Assembly: GCA_019119735.1 (NCBI GenBank)
Contig: DWWK01000094.1
Location: forward strand, 22,807-86,806
DNA: 64,000 nucleotides
Direction: 5' to 3'
Source: Candidatus Mediterraneibacter faecigallinarum
Lineage (GTDB): Bacteria > Bacillota > Clostridia > Lachnospirales > Lachnospiraceae
The notes beneath the pieces are model-generated. The model was not told where the DNA came from and did no database searches. It saw only the letters and a program-made list of their open reading frames with translations. A program made the translations under genes and the position numbers. The number at the start of each line of letters is the position of its first letter. The stretch's first letter is position 1. Positions 17,617 through 26,777 of the stretch are shown here, piece after piece.

Positions 17617-18054
17617 TCACCTCCGGTCTTCTTTCATCGCTTTCTGCTTCTCATCCAGCACCTTCAGAGCCTTCATGACCCCGTCGATAATGGACTCCGG
17701 GCGCGCCGCACATCCCGGCACATACACATCCACCGGGATCACAGTATCGATCCCGCCTTTTATATTATAGCACTCCTTGAAGATCCCGCCCGTGCAGGCG
17801 CAGATCCCGACAGCCACAACGACCTTCGGTTCCGGCATCTGGCTGTACAGCTGTTTTACCACACTTTCTGTCTGACTGTTGACTCCCCCTGTGATGAGAA
17901 GGATATCCGCCTGGAAAGGATCCCCTGTATTGATGATGCCGAAGCGTTCGATATCATACTTTGGAGTCAGGCAGTCGAGTACTTCGATATCACATCCATT
18001 GCAGCTGCTCGCATCGTAATGGAGCAGCCATGGTGATTTTGACACTTTGTTCAT
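17617..18054 (-). CDS. echC: Group 4 [NiFe]-hydrogenase small subunit (EchC, NuoB-like)
   Basis: 145-aa ORF with Cys ligands in CNGCDIE, GICACTGG and VPGCAARPE, as in NuoB-type proximal-cluster subunits. Confidence 0.9.
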   Translation of the reverse strand: MNKVSKSPWLLHYDASSCNGCDIEVLDCLTPKYDIERFGIINTGDPFQADILLITGGVNSQTESVVKQLYSQMPEPKVVVAVGICACTGGIFKECYNIKGGIDTVIPVDVYVPGCAARPESIIDGVMKALKVLDEKQKAMKEDRR

Positions 18055-18071
18055 AACGATCTACCTCCCGC

Positions 18072-18932
18072 TTATTTGATCAGCATCAGGATCAGGATAT
18101 TGACGCCGCCGGCGACAAGAGTCACGATCCAACAGCTGTAGAGCAGCGACTTCCACTTCACTCGCGCGCTCACATTGTCCCAGAGCGTCTCAACGAAAAA
18201 GATGAGGCCGCACGCAATGACCGCCACGATCCAGCTCCAACATGTGCTGTTGATGAAGAACAGGCTGAAGATACCGAGAAGCAGTACAAGCTCATAGTAC
18301 TCAGCAATATTCATGATCGCCAGGGCCGGTCCTGACATCTCCGTCGTGATCCCCTTCACCATCTCCTGATGGGCGTGATGGCTGGTCGAAAGGTCGAACG
18401 GTGATTTTCTCAGTTTGATCGCTGCCGTGTACATGAATCCGACAAAGAGTCCGGGCATCCACACGATCGCGCTGACCGGCGCGTCGATGATATCCGATAC
18501 CTGGAACGAGCCTTCTGCTAAGTAGAATCCCACGGCGATGAGAAGCGTCAGCGGTTCATACGCCATCATCTGGAGCATCTCCCTGCTCGCGCCCATGTTG
18601 GCATAAGGCGAAGAATCGCTGGACGCTGCCATGATCAGGAACATGTCCGCCGTACTCAGGATGAACAGTGTCATCAGCAGATCCGCTCCGGAAAAGAGGA
18701 GCGCGCCTGCGATCATCAGGATGACGAGATAACTGAGGTTCAGAAGGAACTGTACATTGTTGACCGCGATCATCTCTTTTGAAAACAATTTTCCCAGATC
18801 ATAGAACGGCTGCAGGATACTGGGGCCCTTGCGCCGCTGCATCCTCGCGCTGATGATCCGGTCTGCGCCGTCAAGAAGTCCGCCCAGCAGAGGAGCAAAA
18901 AGTAAATATGCAATCACAAAACAGACATTCAT
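18072..18932 (-). CDS. echB: Ech membrane subunit B (NuoH/HycD-like)
   Basis: 286-aa polytopic membrane ORF with the RKGPSILQPFYDL motif typical of the NuoH/HycD family. Confidence 0.85.
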   Translation of the reverse strand: MNVCFVIAYLLFAPLLGGLLDGADRIISARMQRRKGPSILQPFYDLGKLFSKEMIAVNNVQFLLNLSYLVILMIAGALLFSGADLLMTLFILSTADMFLIMAASSDSSPYANMGASREMLQMMAYEPLTLLIAVGFYLAEGSFQVSDIIDAPVSAIVWMPGLFVGFMYTAAIKLRKSPFDLSTSHHAHQEMVKGITTEMSGPALAIMNIAEYYELVLLLGIFSLFFINSTCWSWIVAVIACGLIFFVETLWDNVSARVKWKSLLYSCWIVTLVAGGVNILILMLIK

Positions 18933-20827
18933 CAGATCATCACACCTCCTATCACAAGACAGAATCCGAGGACGAGCACTGCCGCAGCCACAAGGATCGA
19001 CGGGATCCTCAGATGCCTTCTTCCAAATTCAAAACGAAGGTACCAGTTGCTCAGATACAGATGTTCCTTTTCTCCGAAGCTGTTCGTAAAGAAGCGGTTG
19101 TCCCCTTCATTGATACCATTCATATAGATCGGCACGAGCTCTCTGCGCGATGCCCTGCTCACGAAGAACATGACGGCCGGAACAATGAAGACCGACACGA
19201 GCATGATCGCCATCGTTGCCAGCACGCTCATCGAGAGCACATCCTTGGAGTTTCCGAAGAGCTCTCTCACGATCGGATTCACAAGCCATTTTGCAATAAG
19301 CGGCAGCAGCAGACAGAGAAGGATCATGACCGCCGCATGGAAATACATGGAGAAATACTCATCCTTCCGTGTGACATCTTTCACAGTATCACGCGGAATA
19401 TGATAGGAAATCAGCTTGGCAAGCCATTTCGTCCAGTAAAACATCGTCGTCGCACTGCCGTATGCGATAAAAAGCACGAGGAGGAAGTTGCCGGAGTCGA
19501 CAAATGCTCTCAGCGCCACCCATTTGGAAATGAGCATTCCAAAGGGGGCGAGATACATGCCTGCGATCCCTATGCCCATGATATAAGCCAGCCTCGGCAG
19601 ACGGATGATCAGTCCGTGCATATCTTCGATGTCACGGGAGCCCAGCGAGTTTTCTGTCGCTCCCACAGACTGGAAAAGCATGGATTTGCTCACTGAATGG
19701 AAGATCATGAGGAAGACTGCTCCCCACACCGTCTCTTCCACTCCGATCCCCGCACATCCGACGATCAGTCCAAGATTGGAGATCGTAGAAAATGCGAGCA
19801 CCTTTTTCCCGTCGTTCTGCGCGATGGCCATCATACTTGCCATGATGAAGGTGAGTCCTCCGATGCTGGATACAATGATACCGGTCAGATTTCCCTCCAG
19901 CGCCGGCGAGATACGGATCAGCAGATACACGCCTGCTTTTACCATCGTGGCGCTGTGCAGGAGCGCGCTGGAAGGCGTCGGAGCCACCATCGCCCCTACC
20001 AGCCAGCTCGAGAACGGGAGCTGCGCCGACTTCGTGAGTCCTGCCAGTGACAGGCAGAACAGCGGAAGCTGCGCTCCTATGCTGATCACATCGATGAGCT
20101 GCATGGATCCCCCGACCTTTGCCATCCACGCGATCGCGATCGCAAATCCGAGACCGCCCAGGAGGTTCATCCACAGAGCCATGAAGCTGTTCGACACTGC
20201 TTCCTCCGAGCGGGTATATCCGATCATCAGGAATGAGATCACGCTCGTGACCTCCCAGAAGAAATATATCCAGATCAGGTTCTGGGAGAGTACCAGGCCG
20301 AACATAGCCGCGAGGAACAGGAACAGCATGGAGAAGAAAAACGGCTGCCGGTCCTTCACGTCCTTATGGTGATTGTGATACCCCTTCATATATCCAACTG
20401 TGTAGATACAGATAAAGCCTCCGATGAATGCGATGATAAGGCACATCAGAATAGTCAGCCAGTCCACCGACATGTGGGGGCCTTCCGGAAGCTCCGTCGT
20501 AAATTCTATGTAGAGTATCAGTGCCGTCTGTCCCACGGAAAGAAGGATCGGAAGTCCCTTCCCGTACTTAATGCTCAGATAAACGATCAGGCACATAAGA
20601 AAAAGATCCCCCACCGTCATCAGATTATCCACAAATTCTGTTGACGGATAGAGCATCATCGTCTCTGCGCCATTCCCTATCCATTGAGCGATGAACACGA
20701 CCGTAGTCAGCATAACGATCCCGGCGCCTGTGTACACTACATATCCCCTTATCCTCTGATTGTGCAAAAATGGGAAAATTAGCGCAAGCGCTGCCGGAAT
20801 ACCAATCAAAAATAGTATTATTGTCAT
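18932..20827 (-). CDS. echA: Ech membrane subunit A (NuoL/HycC antiporter-like)
   Basis: 631-aa polytopic membrane ORF and first gene of the operon. It overlaps echB by 1 nt. Confidence 0.85.
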   Translation of the reverse strand: MTIILFLIGIPAALALIFPFLHNQRIRGYVVYTGAGIVMLTTVVFIAQWIGNGAETMMLYPSTEFVDNLMTVGDLFLMCLIVYLSIKYGKGLPILLSVGQTALILYIEFTTELPEGPHMSVDWLTILMCLIIAFIGGFICIYTVGYMKGYHNHHKDVKDRQPFFFSMLFLFLAAMFGLVLSQNLIWIYFFWEVTSVISFLMIGYTRSEEAVSNSFMALWMNLLGGLGFAIAIAWMAKVGGSMQLIDVISIGAQLPLFCLSLAGLTKSAQLPFSSWLVGAMVAPTPSSALLHSATMVKAGVYLLIRISPALEGNLTGIIVSSIGGLTFIMASMMAIAQNDGKKVLAFSTISNLGLIVGCAGIGVEETVWGAVFLMIFHSVSKSMLFQSVGATENSLGSRDIEDMHGLIIRLPRLAYIMGIGIAGMYLAPFGMLISKWVALRAFVDSGNFLLVLFIAYGSATTMFYWTKWLAKLISYHIPRDTVKDVTRKDEYFSMYFHAAVMILLCLLLPLIAKWLVNPIVRELFGNSKDVLSMSVLATMAIMLVSVFIVPAVMFFVSRASRRELVPIYMNGINEGDNRFFTNSFGEKEHLYLSNWYLRFEFGRRHLRIPSILVAAAVLVLGFCLVIGGVMI

Positions 20828-20858
20828 AAGCCGCCCTTCCTCTCTGTCATTTTTTTGT

Positions 20859-20900
20859 ACAATATTTTGATTGATACTCTGTTTTCGCCAAAAATATTGT
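20859..20900. promoter_or_regulatory. AT-rich inverted repeat in the ech leader / divergent ech-hyp control region
   Basis: ACAATATTTTG ... CAAAAATATTGT arms separated by 19 nt, between the predicted ech promoter and echA. Confidence 0.3.
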
Positions 20901-20908
20901 CTATATCA

Positions 20909-20937
20909 GTTATAATCCGTATTTCAAAATTTTACAA
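20909..20937 (-). promoter_or_regulatory. Candidate ech promoter
   Basis: Minus strand reads TTGTAA - 17 nt - TATAAC, about 80 nt upstream of echA. Confidence 0.35.
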
Positions 20938-20977
20938 TAGTGAATTTGCTTTTTTCCTATTTTCTTTCTAAAAAATG

Positions 20978-20986
20978 TGCTAGAAT
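20978..20986 (+). promoter_or_regulatory. Candidate extended -10 element for hypA
   Basis: TGCTAGAAT about 70 nt upstream of hypA. There is no good -35. Confidence 0.3.
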
Positions 20987-21057
20987 AGACAATGTTTGGA
21001 GCCGTTTTACGGACAGCCTGATCAAATTTCAGATTCATTTCCGGGGAGGACGAGAAA

Positions 21058-21441
21058 ATGCACGAACTCAGCATCACCGAACATCTCCTGGAGCACTGCA
21101 TCCGGGAGGCCGAAAGACAGAATGCGTCAAAAATACGCACCATAAAACTGTGCATCGGACAGCTCAACGGGCTTGTCCCCGACTGCATCCAGGTATATCT
21201 TGATATGCTGTCAGAGGGGACGATCGCAGAGGGCGCCCGCATCGAGGCTGAGTTCCTGCCGGTGAAGGTCCACTGCCGCGACTGCGGGCAGGACGGGGAG
21301 ATCACCCCGCACCGCCTTTCATGTCCCTGCTGCGGGAGCCTCAGGCTGCAGCTCCTGTCCGGAAAAGAATTTTATATTAAAAGCATGGAGGTAGATATCG
21401 ATGGAGATAAAAGTACTGCATCAGATCATGGACTGGAATGA
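21058..21441 (+). CDS. hypA: Hydrogenase nickel-insertion protein HypA
   Basis: 127-aa ORF with N-terminal MHE nickel site and the zinc motifs CRDC...CPCC. GGAGG upstream. Confidence 0.93.
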   Translation: MHELSITEHLLEHCIREAERQNASKIRTIKLCIGQLNGLVPDCIQVYLDMLSEGTIAEGARIEAEFLPVKVHCRDCGQDGEITPHRLSCPCCGSLRLQLLSGKEFYIKSMEVDIDGDKSTASDHGLE

Positions 21442-22057
21442 GGATGTCAGCGAAGAGGTAAGGGCAAGGCTGGCGGAGCGCGGGATCTGCCTGATCAATG
21501 TGATGGGAAGCCCCGGGGCAGGCAAGACGAGCCTGATCACGTCTCTGATCCAAAAGCTGAGGGACCGTTTCCGCATCGGAGTCATCGAAGGAGATATCGC
21601 AGGACAGGTAGACGCGGACCGGATCGCCGGGCTCGGCATCCCCACCGTCCAGCTCAATACGGACGGTGCCTGCCATATCGAAGCCATGAGCATCCGGAAT
21701 ATCCTTCCCTTCCTCCCTCTGGATGACCTGGATATTATTTTTGTGGAAAATATCGGCAACCTGGTCTGCCCGGCTGAGTTCCGGATCGGAGAATCGCTCC
21801 GCATCACCATACTCAGCATCCCGGAGGGGGACGATAAAGTAGAGAAATATCCGCTGATGTTCACAGATACGGACTGTCTCGTGCTGAACAAGTACGATAT
21901 GCTCCCTTATTTTGAGTTTGACGAGGAGCGGGTCTGCGCCAACTATGACAGCGTGAATCCGGGCGCCCCTCTCTTCCGCGTCAGCAGCCGCACAGGGGAC
22001 GGACTGGATGAACTGGCCGGCTATTTTGCAGAAACTGTCGCGGGAACCGTCTCATGA
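21401..22057 (+). CDS. hypB: Hydrogenase nickel-incorporation GTPase HypB
   Basis: 218-aa ORF with P-loop GSPGAGKT and the ENIGNLVCPA motif. It overlaps hypA by 41 nt. Confidence 0.93.
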   Translation: MEIKVLHQIMDWNEDVSEEVRARLAERGICLINVMGSPGAGKTSLITSLIQKLRDRFRIGVIEGDIAGQVDADRIAGLGIPTVQLNTDGACHIEAMSIRNILPFLPLDDLDIIFVENIGNLVCPAEFRIGESLRITILSIPEGDDKVEKYPLMFTDTDCLVLNKYDMLPYFEFDEERVCANYDSVNPGAPLFRVSSRTGDGLDELAGYFAETVAGTVS

Positions 22058-24384
22058 GCAGTCCCGTGACACGTCTGCGGCTCACTGTAGAGGGGATCGT
22101 CCAGGGAGTCGGATTCCGTCCTTTCCTGCACCGGCTGGCAGAACAGTACGGGATCCGCGGCTGGGTGCGCAACACCTCCCAGGGACTCGAAGGCGTCCTC
22201 ACCGGCAGCAGTCCTTCCCTGGAAAAGTTCCTTGCAGTCCTCGAAGCTTCGCCGCCGCCCATGGCGCGCATTGACAGAGTAACCGCTGTTCCGGAAGACG
22301 GAGACAGAGAATACAGCACGTTTTCCATCCGTGACAGCCGGATCAGCCCGGGGAGCACTTTAGTCTCCCCGGATATTTCTGTCTGCCCGGAATGTGCCGC
22401 AGAACTGTACACCCCCTCCGACCGCAGATACAGATATCCGTTTATCAACTGTACGAACTGCGGTCCCAGGTATACGATCATCCGGAGCCTGCCCTATGAC
22501 CGGGCACGGACTGTGATGGATGGATTTGCCATGTGCGGTGAATGTCAAAAAGAATATTCAGAGATCAGCGACCGCAGATACCACGCGCAGCCGGACTGCT
22601 GTCCCGCGTGCGGTCCCCGGGCATTTTACGTGAGCGGAGCTGCACAGCGGGAAGCCGAAGGCGATCCTTTCCGCGCAGCCCAGGCTCTGCTCTTGGCAGG
22701 AGGGATACTGGCGGTCAAAGGGCTGGGCGGGATCCATCTGGCCTGCAATGCCATGGATCCGGAAGCGGTAAACCGTCTGCGCACGAGAAAGCACCGGGCC
22801 GAGAAGCCCCTTGCTCTCATGTGCCGTTCCCTTGAGGCAGTCCGCCGCATCTGCCGGGTCACCGACGGAGAAGAAAAGCTTCTCACAAGCCCTGCCAGGC
22901 CGATCGTGCTTCTTGCAAAAAGGGACAGGGACTCCATGCCCTGGCTGAGCTTCAGCTCCAGGCTTGGAGTGATGCTCCCTTATACGCCGCTCCACATGCT
23001 TCTTCTGGACGGCACGTACGGTGGTCCGGACGTCCTTGTCATGACAAGCGGAAATCTCCCCGGATGTCCTGTCATCACGGACAATGAAGAAGCGCTCTCC
23101 TGCCTGGGAGAAACTGCCGACGGCTTCCTTCTCCATGACCGGGATATCCAGAACCGATGTGACGATTCCCTCGTGATCGAGCGCGGCGGCAGCCCTTATT
23201 TTCTCAGGAGGAGCCGCGGCTATGTCCCTCTTCCCCTTGACATGAAGGGAGATGTGGACGGGATCTTCGCCATGGGCGCGGAGCAGAAAGCTTCCTTTGC
23301 CCTGGGGCGGGGCTCACAGGTCTTTTTAAGCCCGCATATCGGCGATCTGAAGAACGGAGAGACTTTTGAGCACTATGAGCAGGCGCTGCGCACGTATCAG
23401 GACCTGTTCCGCCTGAAGCCCACTCTCTATGTCTGCGACCTGCATCCGGATTATATTTCCACCCGCGCAGCTGTGGAGGCCGCCGGCGCTGCCGCTCTTC
23501 CTCTGCTGCAGGTCCAGCACCACTGGGCCCACATGGCGTCCTGTATGGCGGATAACCGTCTGGAGGGTCCCTGCTTCGGCATCATCTGGGACGGTACAGG
23601 CCTTGGGACCGACGGTACTATATGGGGCGGAGAGTTTTTAAAAGGCGGTTATGAGAGCTTCTCCCGCGCGGGGTCTATCCGTCCTGTTTCTCTGCCCGGC
23701 AGAGACCGGGCGGTGCATGAGATCGGGCGCATTGCTCTCGCGCTGGCGTGCGACGCAGGGATCGAGGATCTGACTGCGGTTCCTCTTTCAGAGGAAAAAT
23801 GCCGCATGCTTTCCGCTCTGCTGGACTCCGGTTTTGCCCCGAAGGCAAGCAGCATCGGCCGCCTGTTCGACGGTGTCTGCGCCTTTCTCCTGCATCGTTC
23901 TGAAACGGATTACGAAGGCGAGGGCGCAGCGCTCGTCGAGGCTCTCTCTCCTTATGAGACCCCTGAGCTGGCGGACGCTCCCCTGAGTGTTCTCTCCTAC
24001 CCGCTTCAGTTCTATCTGAGCGGGCCGGAACAGATGCGGGTGTTCGATACACGCCCCCTGATCCGGGCTGTTCTTGAAGACCTGGAGCGCGGGACAGACA
24101 AAGGTCGTATCGCACTCCGCTTTATGGCGACGCTGTGCTGCATGGCACTGGATCAGTGTGCCGCCCTGAATCCCGGGAAACTGCCTGTCGTCCTGTCCGG
24201 CGGCGTTTTCCAGAACCGCTTCCTTCTGTCAGGGATCACCACCCTGCTGACAGAGAACGGGTTCGAAGTCTTTACACACAGGCAGGTATCCGCGAGCGAT
24301 GAGGGACTCTGTCTCGGCCAGCTCGCCATTGCGCAGAAGAAAAGGAGTATGGATCATGTGTTTAGCAATGCCAATGAAGATTAA
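22054..24384 (+). CDS. hypF: Carbamoyltransferase HypF
   Basis: 776-aa ORF with an acylphosphatase-like N-terminus, two CxxC-N18-CxxC zinc fingers (CPECAAE...CTNCGPRY; CGECQKE...CPACGPR), and YrdC- and Kae1-like regions. Confidence 0.95.
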   Translation: MSSPVTRLRLTVEGIVQGVGFRPFLHRLAEQYGIRGWVRNTSQGLEGVLTGSSPSLEKFLAVLEASPPPMARIDRVTAVPEDGDREYSTFSIRDSRISPGSTLVSPDISVCPECAAELYTPSDRRYRYPFINCTNCGPRYTIIRSLPYDRARTVMDGFAMCGECQKEYSEISDRRYHAQPDCCPACGPRAFYVSGAAQREAEGDPFRAAQALLLAGGILAVKGLGGIHLACNAMDPEAVNRLRTRKHRAEKPLALMCRSLEAVRRICRVTDGEEKLLTSPARPIVLLAKRDRDSMPWLSFSSRLGVMLPYTPLHMLLLDGTYGGPDVLVMTSGNLPGCPVITDNEEALSCLGETADGFLLHDRDIQNRCDDSLVIERGGSPYFLRRSRGYVPLPLDMKGDVDGIFAMGAEQKASFALGRGSQVFLSPHIGDLKNGETFEHYEQALRTYQDLFRLKPTLYVCDLHPDYISTRAAVEAAGAAALPLLQVQHHWAHMASCMADNRLEGPCFGIIWDGTGLGTDGTIWGGEFLKGGYESFSRAGSIRPVSLPGRDRAVHEIGRIALALACDAGIEDLTAVPLSEEKCRMLSALLDSGFAPKASSIGRLFDGVCAFLLHRSETDYEGEGAALVEALSPYETPELADAPLSVLSYPLQFYLSGPEQMRVFDTRPLIRAVLEDLERGTDKGRIALRFMATLCCMALDQCAALNPGKLPVVLSGGVFQNRFLLSGITTLLTENGFEVFTHRQVSASDEGLCLGQLAIAQKKRSMDHVFSNANED

Positions 24385-24574
24385 CCGGATCGAGGGGAAG
24401 ACTGCCGACTGTGAGGCCGGCGGTCTGGTCCAGACGATCCGTATCGATTTCATCCAGGACGCCCGTCCCGGCGACTATGTGATGGTGCACGCAGGCTTCG
24501 CCATCCAGAAAATGTCTGAGAAAGAGGCGCTGGAAAATCTGGAGCTTCTGGAGGAGATCAGAAATGCTGTATGA
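24356..24574 (+). CDS. hypC: Hydrogenase assembly chaperone HypC
   Basis: ORF track 24299..24574, with the start moved to ATG 24356 (MCLAMPMKI with the essential Cys2; AAGGAG 8 nt upstream). Confidence 0.9.
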   Translation: MCLAMPMKINRIEGKTADCEAGGLVQTIRIDFIQDARPGDYVMVHAGFAIQKMSEKEALENLELLEEIRNAV

Positions 24575-25679
24575 CCGTTTTTTCAAAAATCCGGAAGGAG
24601 CGTCCGATCTGCTCGATAAGATCGGCGCATACGCATCACAGGCAGGTCCGATCCGGCTGATGGAGATCTGCGGCACCCACACTATGGCGATCGCGCGCAG
24701 CGGGCTCCGCACAGTGCTGCCGCCGGATGTCCGGCTCATCTCCGGTCCGGGCTGCCCCGTCTGCGTGACCCCCGCCGGAGCGATCGATATGATACTGGAG
24801 CTGTCTGAACGCCCCGGCGTACTGATCGCCAGCTACGGGGATCTGCTCCGTGTGCCCGGCTCCACCAGGGGAGACAGTCTCTTAAGCCGCCGCGCCCGCG
24901 GGGCCATGGTGGAGTCTGTCTATTCGCCTATGGACGCTGTTCGGATCGCCGCCTCCCGGCCGGAGCTCGAGGTCGTATTCCTGGGCGTAGGTTTTGAGAC
25001 GACAGCCCCGGGCACTGCCGCCTGTATCCTCGAGGCTGCTGAACAGAAGCTTGAGAATTTCTCTGTCCTCTGTCTGCTGAAGCGGACAGAACCCGCGCTC
25101 CGCGCCCTGATCGACGAGACGGATTTTGCGGTGGATGGTTTTCTCTGTCCCGGACATGTGGCAGCAGTCATCGGATCGGAGGCCTTCTCATTCCTCCCCA
25201 GGGATTATCGTCTCCCCGGAGTAGTGAGCGGCTTTGATCCCGCGGATCTGCTCGGATCTGTCCTGGAGCTGACCCGCATGATCGCGGAGAAGCGTCCGGC
25301 ACTGAGGAATGAATATACCCGTCTTGTACAGCCCGCCGGCAATCCTCTCGCTCTCCGGCTGATGGACGAGGTATTCCAGACAGCTCCCAGCGACTGGCGG
25401 GGGCTTGGCAGGATCGAGGACAGCGGTTATGTCCTGCGTGAAAAATACCGGTCCTGGGACGCATGGGCGAAATTTGCTCTCCGTCCCGCTGCATCCGGCG
25501 ACATTCCCGGATGTCGGTGTGCAGAAGTCATCCGGGGTACAGCCTCCCCTGTCTCCTGCCCCCTTTTCGGCAGGATCTGCACGCCGGAAGATCCTGCCGG
25601 ACCGTGCATGGTATCAGGTGAAGGCGCCTGCGCAGCGGCATACCAGTATGGAAATAACGCATCTCAACAGGAGGTCTGA
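24564..25679 (+). CDS. hypD: Hydrogenase maturation protein HypD
   Basis: 371-aa ORF with the CGTHT, GPGCPVCV and GFETT motifs. Confidence 0.95.
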   Translation: MLYDRFFKNPEGASDLLDKIGAYASQAGPIRLMEICGTHTMAIARSGLRTVLPPDVRLISGPGCPVCVTPAGAIDMILELSERPGVLIASYGDLLRVPGSTRGDSLLSRRARGAMVESVYSPMDAVRIAASRPELEVVFLGVGFETTAPGTAACILEAAEQKLENFSVLCLLKRTEPALRALIDETDFAVDGFLCPGHVAAVIGSEAFSFLPRDYRLPGVVSGFDPADLLGSVLELTRMIAEKRPALRNEYTRLVQPAGNPLALRLMDEVFQTAPSDWRGLGRIEDSGYVLREKYRSWDAWAKFALRPAASGDIPGCRCAEVIRGTASPVSCPLFGRICTPEDPAGPCMVSGEGACAAAYQYGNNASQQEV

Positions 25680-25682
25680 ATC

Positions 25683-26693
25683 ATGGAAGGCAGAATTACA
25701 TTAGACTACGGAAGCGGAGGCATTAAGACATCTGAGCTCATCAGCTCGATCCTCCTTCCGGCATTCGACAACCCGGCTCTTGCTCAGCTCGGCGACGGCG
25801 CAGTGCTGTCCGGAGCTGAACAGCTCGTATTTTCTACCGACAGCTTTGTCGTCTCACCGTGGCGTTTTCCCGGCGGGGATATCGGGAAGCTCTCAGTCTG
25901 CGGCACAGTCAATGATCTGTGCATGGCCGGCGGGCAGCCCCGGTATCTGAGCCTTTCTTTCATCCTGGAAGAAGGGTTCCCCTTCGCCGACCTGGAGCAG
26001 ATCGTCACGTCGATCGCCCGGGAAGCGAAGGAGGCGGGCGTCTCGATCGTCACAGGGGATACCAAGGTTGTAGAGTCAGGCAAAGGGGACGGGATCTACA
26101 TCAATACAGCGGGGATCGGATTCCGCCGCGCTGTTTTCCCCGGTCAGTCAGGAATACGCCCCGGAGACACTGTCCTTATCAGCGGCAGCGTGGGATGTCA
26201 CGGTGCTGCAGTCATGATGGCGAGAGCCGGCCTGCTTCGGGAAGACAGTCCCCTGAAGTCCGACTGCCGTTCCCTCCACCGTATCTCGGGCGCTCTGCTG
26301 GACTGCGCGCCGGCCGGTTCTGTCCGGATCCTGCGCGATCCCACGCGGGGCGGTGTCGCTACCACCCTCAATGAGTTCACGGAAGGCATGCCGTTTTCCA
26401 TCGAGCTGGAACAGACAGCGATCCCGGTGGAGCCGGCAGTCGAGGCAGCGTGCGACATGCTCGGGCTGGACCCGCTCTACTGCGCCTGTGAGGGACGGAT
26501 GCTCGTTGTCTGCGATCCCGGATGCGCTGATGCACTCCTGGAGACCATGAGGTCTGTCCCCGGAGCCGGACAGGCAGCGCGGATCGGCACAGTGACGGAG
26601 AACCATCCCGGCAGAGTACTGCTGAAGACCCCTATCGGCGGAAAACGGATCCTCACCAAGCTCAGCGGAATGCAGCTCCCCAGGATCTGTTAG
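25683..26693 (+). CDS. hypE: Hydrogenase maturation protein HypE
   Basis: 336-aa ORF with a PurM-like fold and the invariant C-terminal PRIC motif. Confidence 0.95.
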   Translation: MEGRITLDYGSGGIKTSELISSILLPAFDNPALAQLGDGAVLSGAEQLVFSTDSFVVSPWRFPGGDIGKLSVCGTVNDLCMAGGQPRYLSLSFILEEGFPFADLEQIVTSIAREAKEAGVSIVTGDTKVVESGKGDGIYINTAGIGFRRAVFPGQSGIRPGDTVLISGSVGCHGAAVMMARAGLLREDSPLKSDCRSLHRISGALLDCAPAGSVRILRDPTRGGVATTLNEFTEGMPFSIELEQTAIPVEPAVEAACDMLGLDPLYCACEGRMLVVCDPGCADALLETMRSVPGAGQAARIGTVTENHPGRVLLKTPIGGKRILTKLSGMQLPRIC

Positions 26694-26720
26694 CATGAGT
26701 CCGGTATTTTCCCTGCAAAA

Positions 26721-26768
26721 AACGGACAGGAGACCGGAAGATCATCTCTTCCCTGTCTCCTGCCCGTT
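26721..26768. terminator. Bidirectional terminator between convergent hypE and the his operon
   Basis: AACGGACAGGAGAC...GTCTCCTGCCCGTT hairpin flanked by an A6 run upstream and TTTTTATTTT downstream. Confidence 0.75.
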
Positions 26769-26777
26769 TTTATTTTC

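Noticed and set aside
20920-20940. A Rex redox-repressor box in the ech promoter (TTGTAAAATTTTGAAATA).
   Set aside because: Only about 10 of 14 informative positions match the clostridial Rex consensus TTGTTAA-N4-TTAACAA, and the second half-site is poor. It could be chance in an AT-rich region.
21058-26693. The hyp cluster as a horizontally acquired island, because it looks more GC-rich and has many spurious six-frame ORFs.
   Set aside because: Spot counts of ech, ygiQ and rsmF regions give similar GC (mid to high 50s percent), and the same six-frame ORF inflation occurs there. I cannot support a compositional break without a proper sliding-window calculation.
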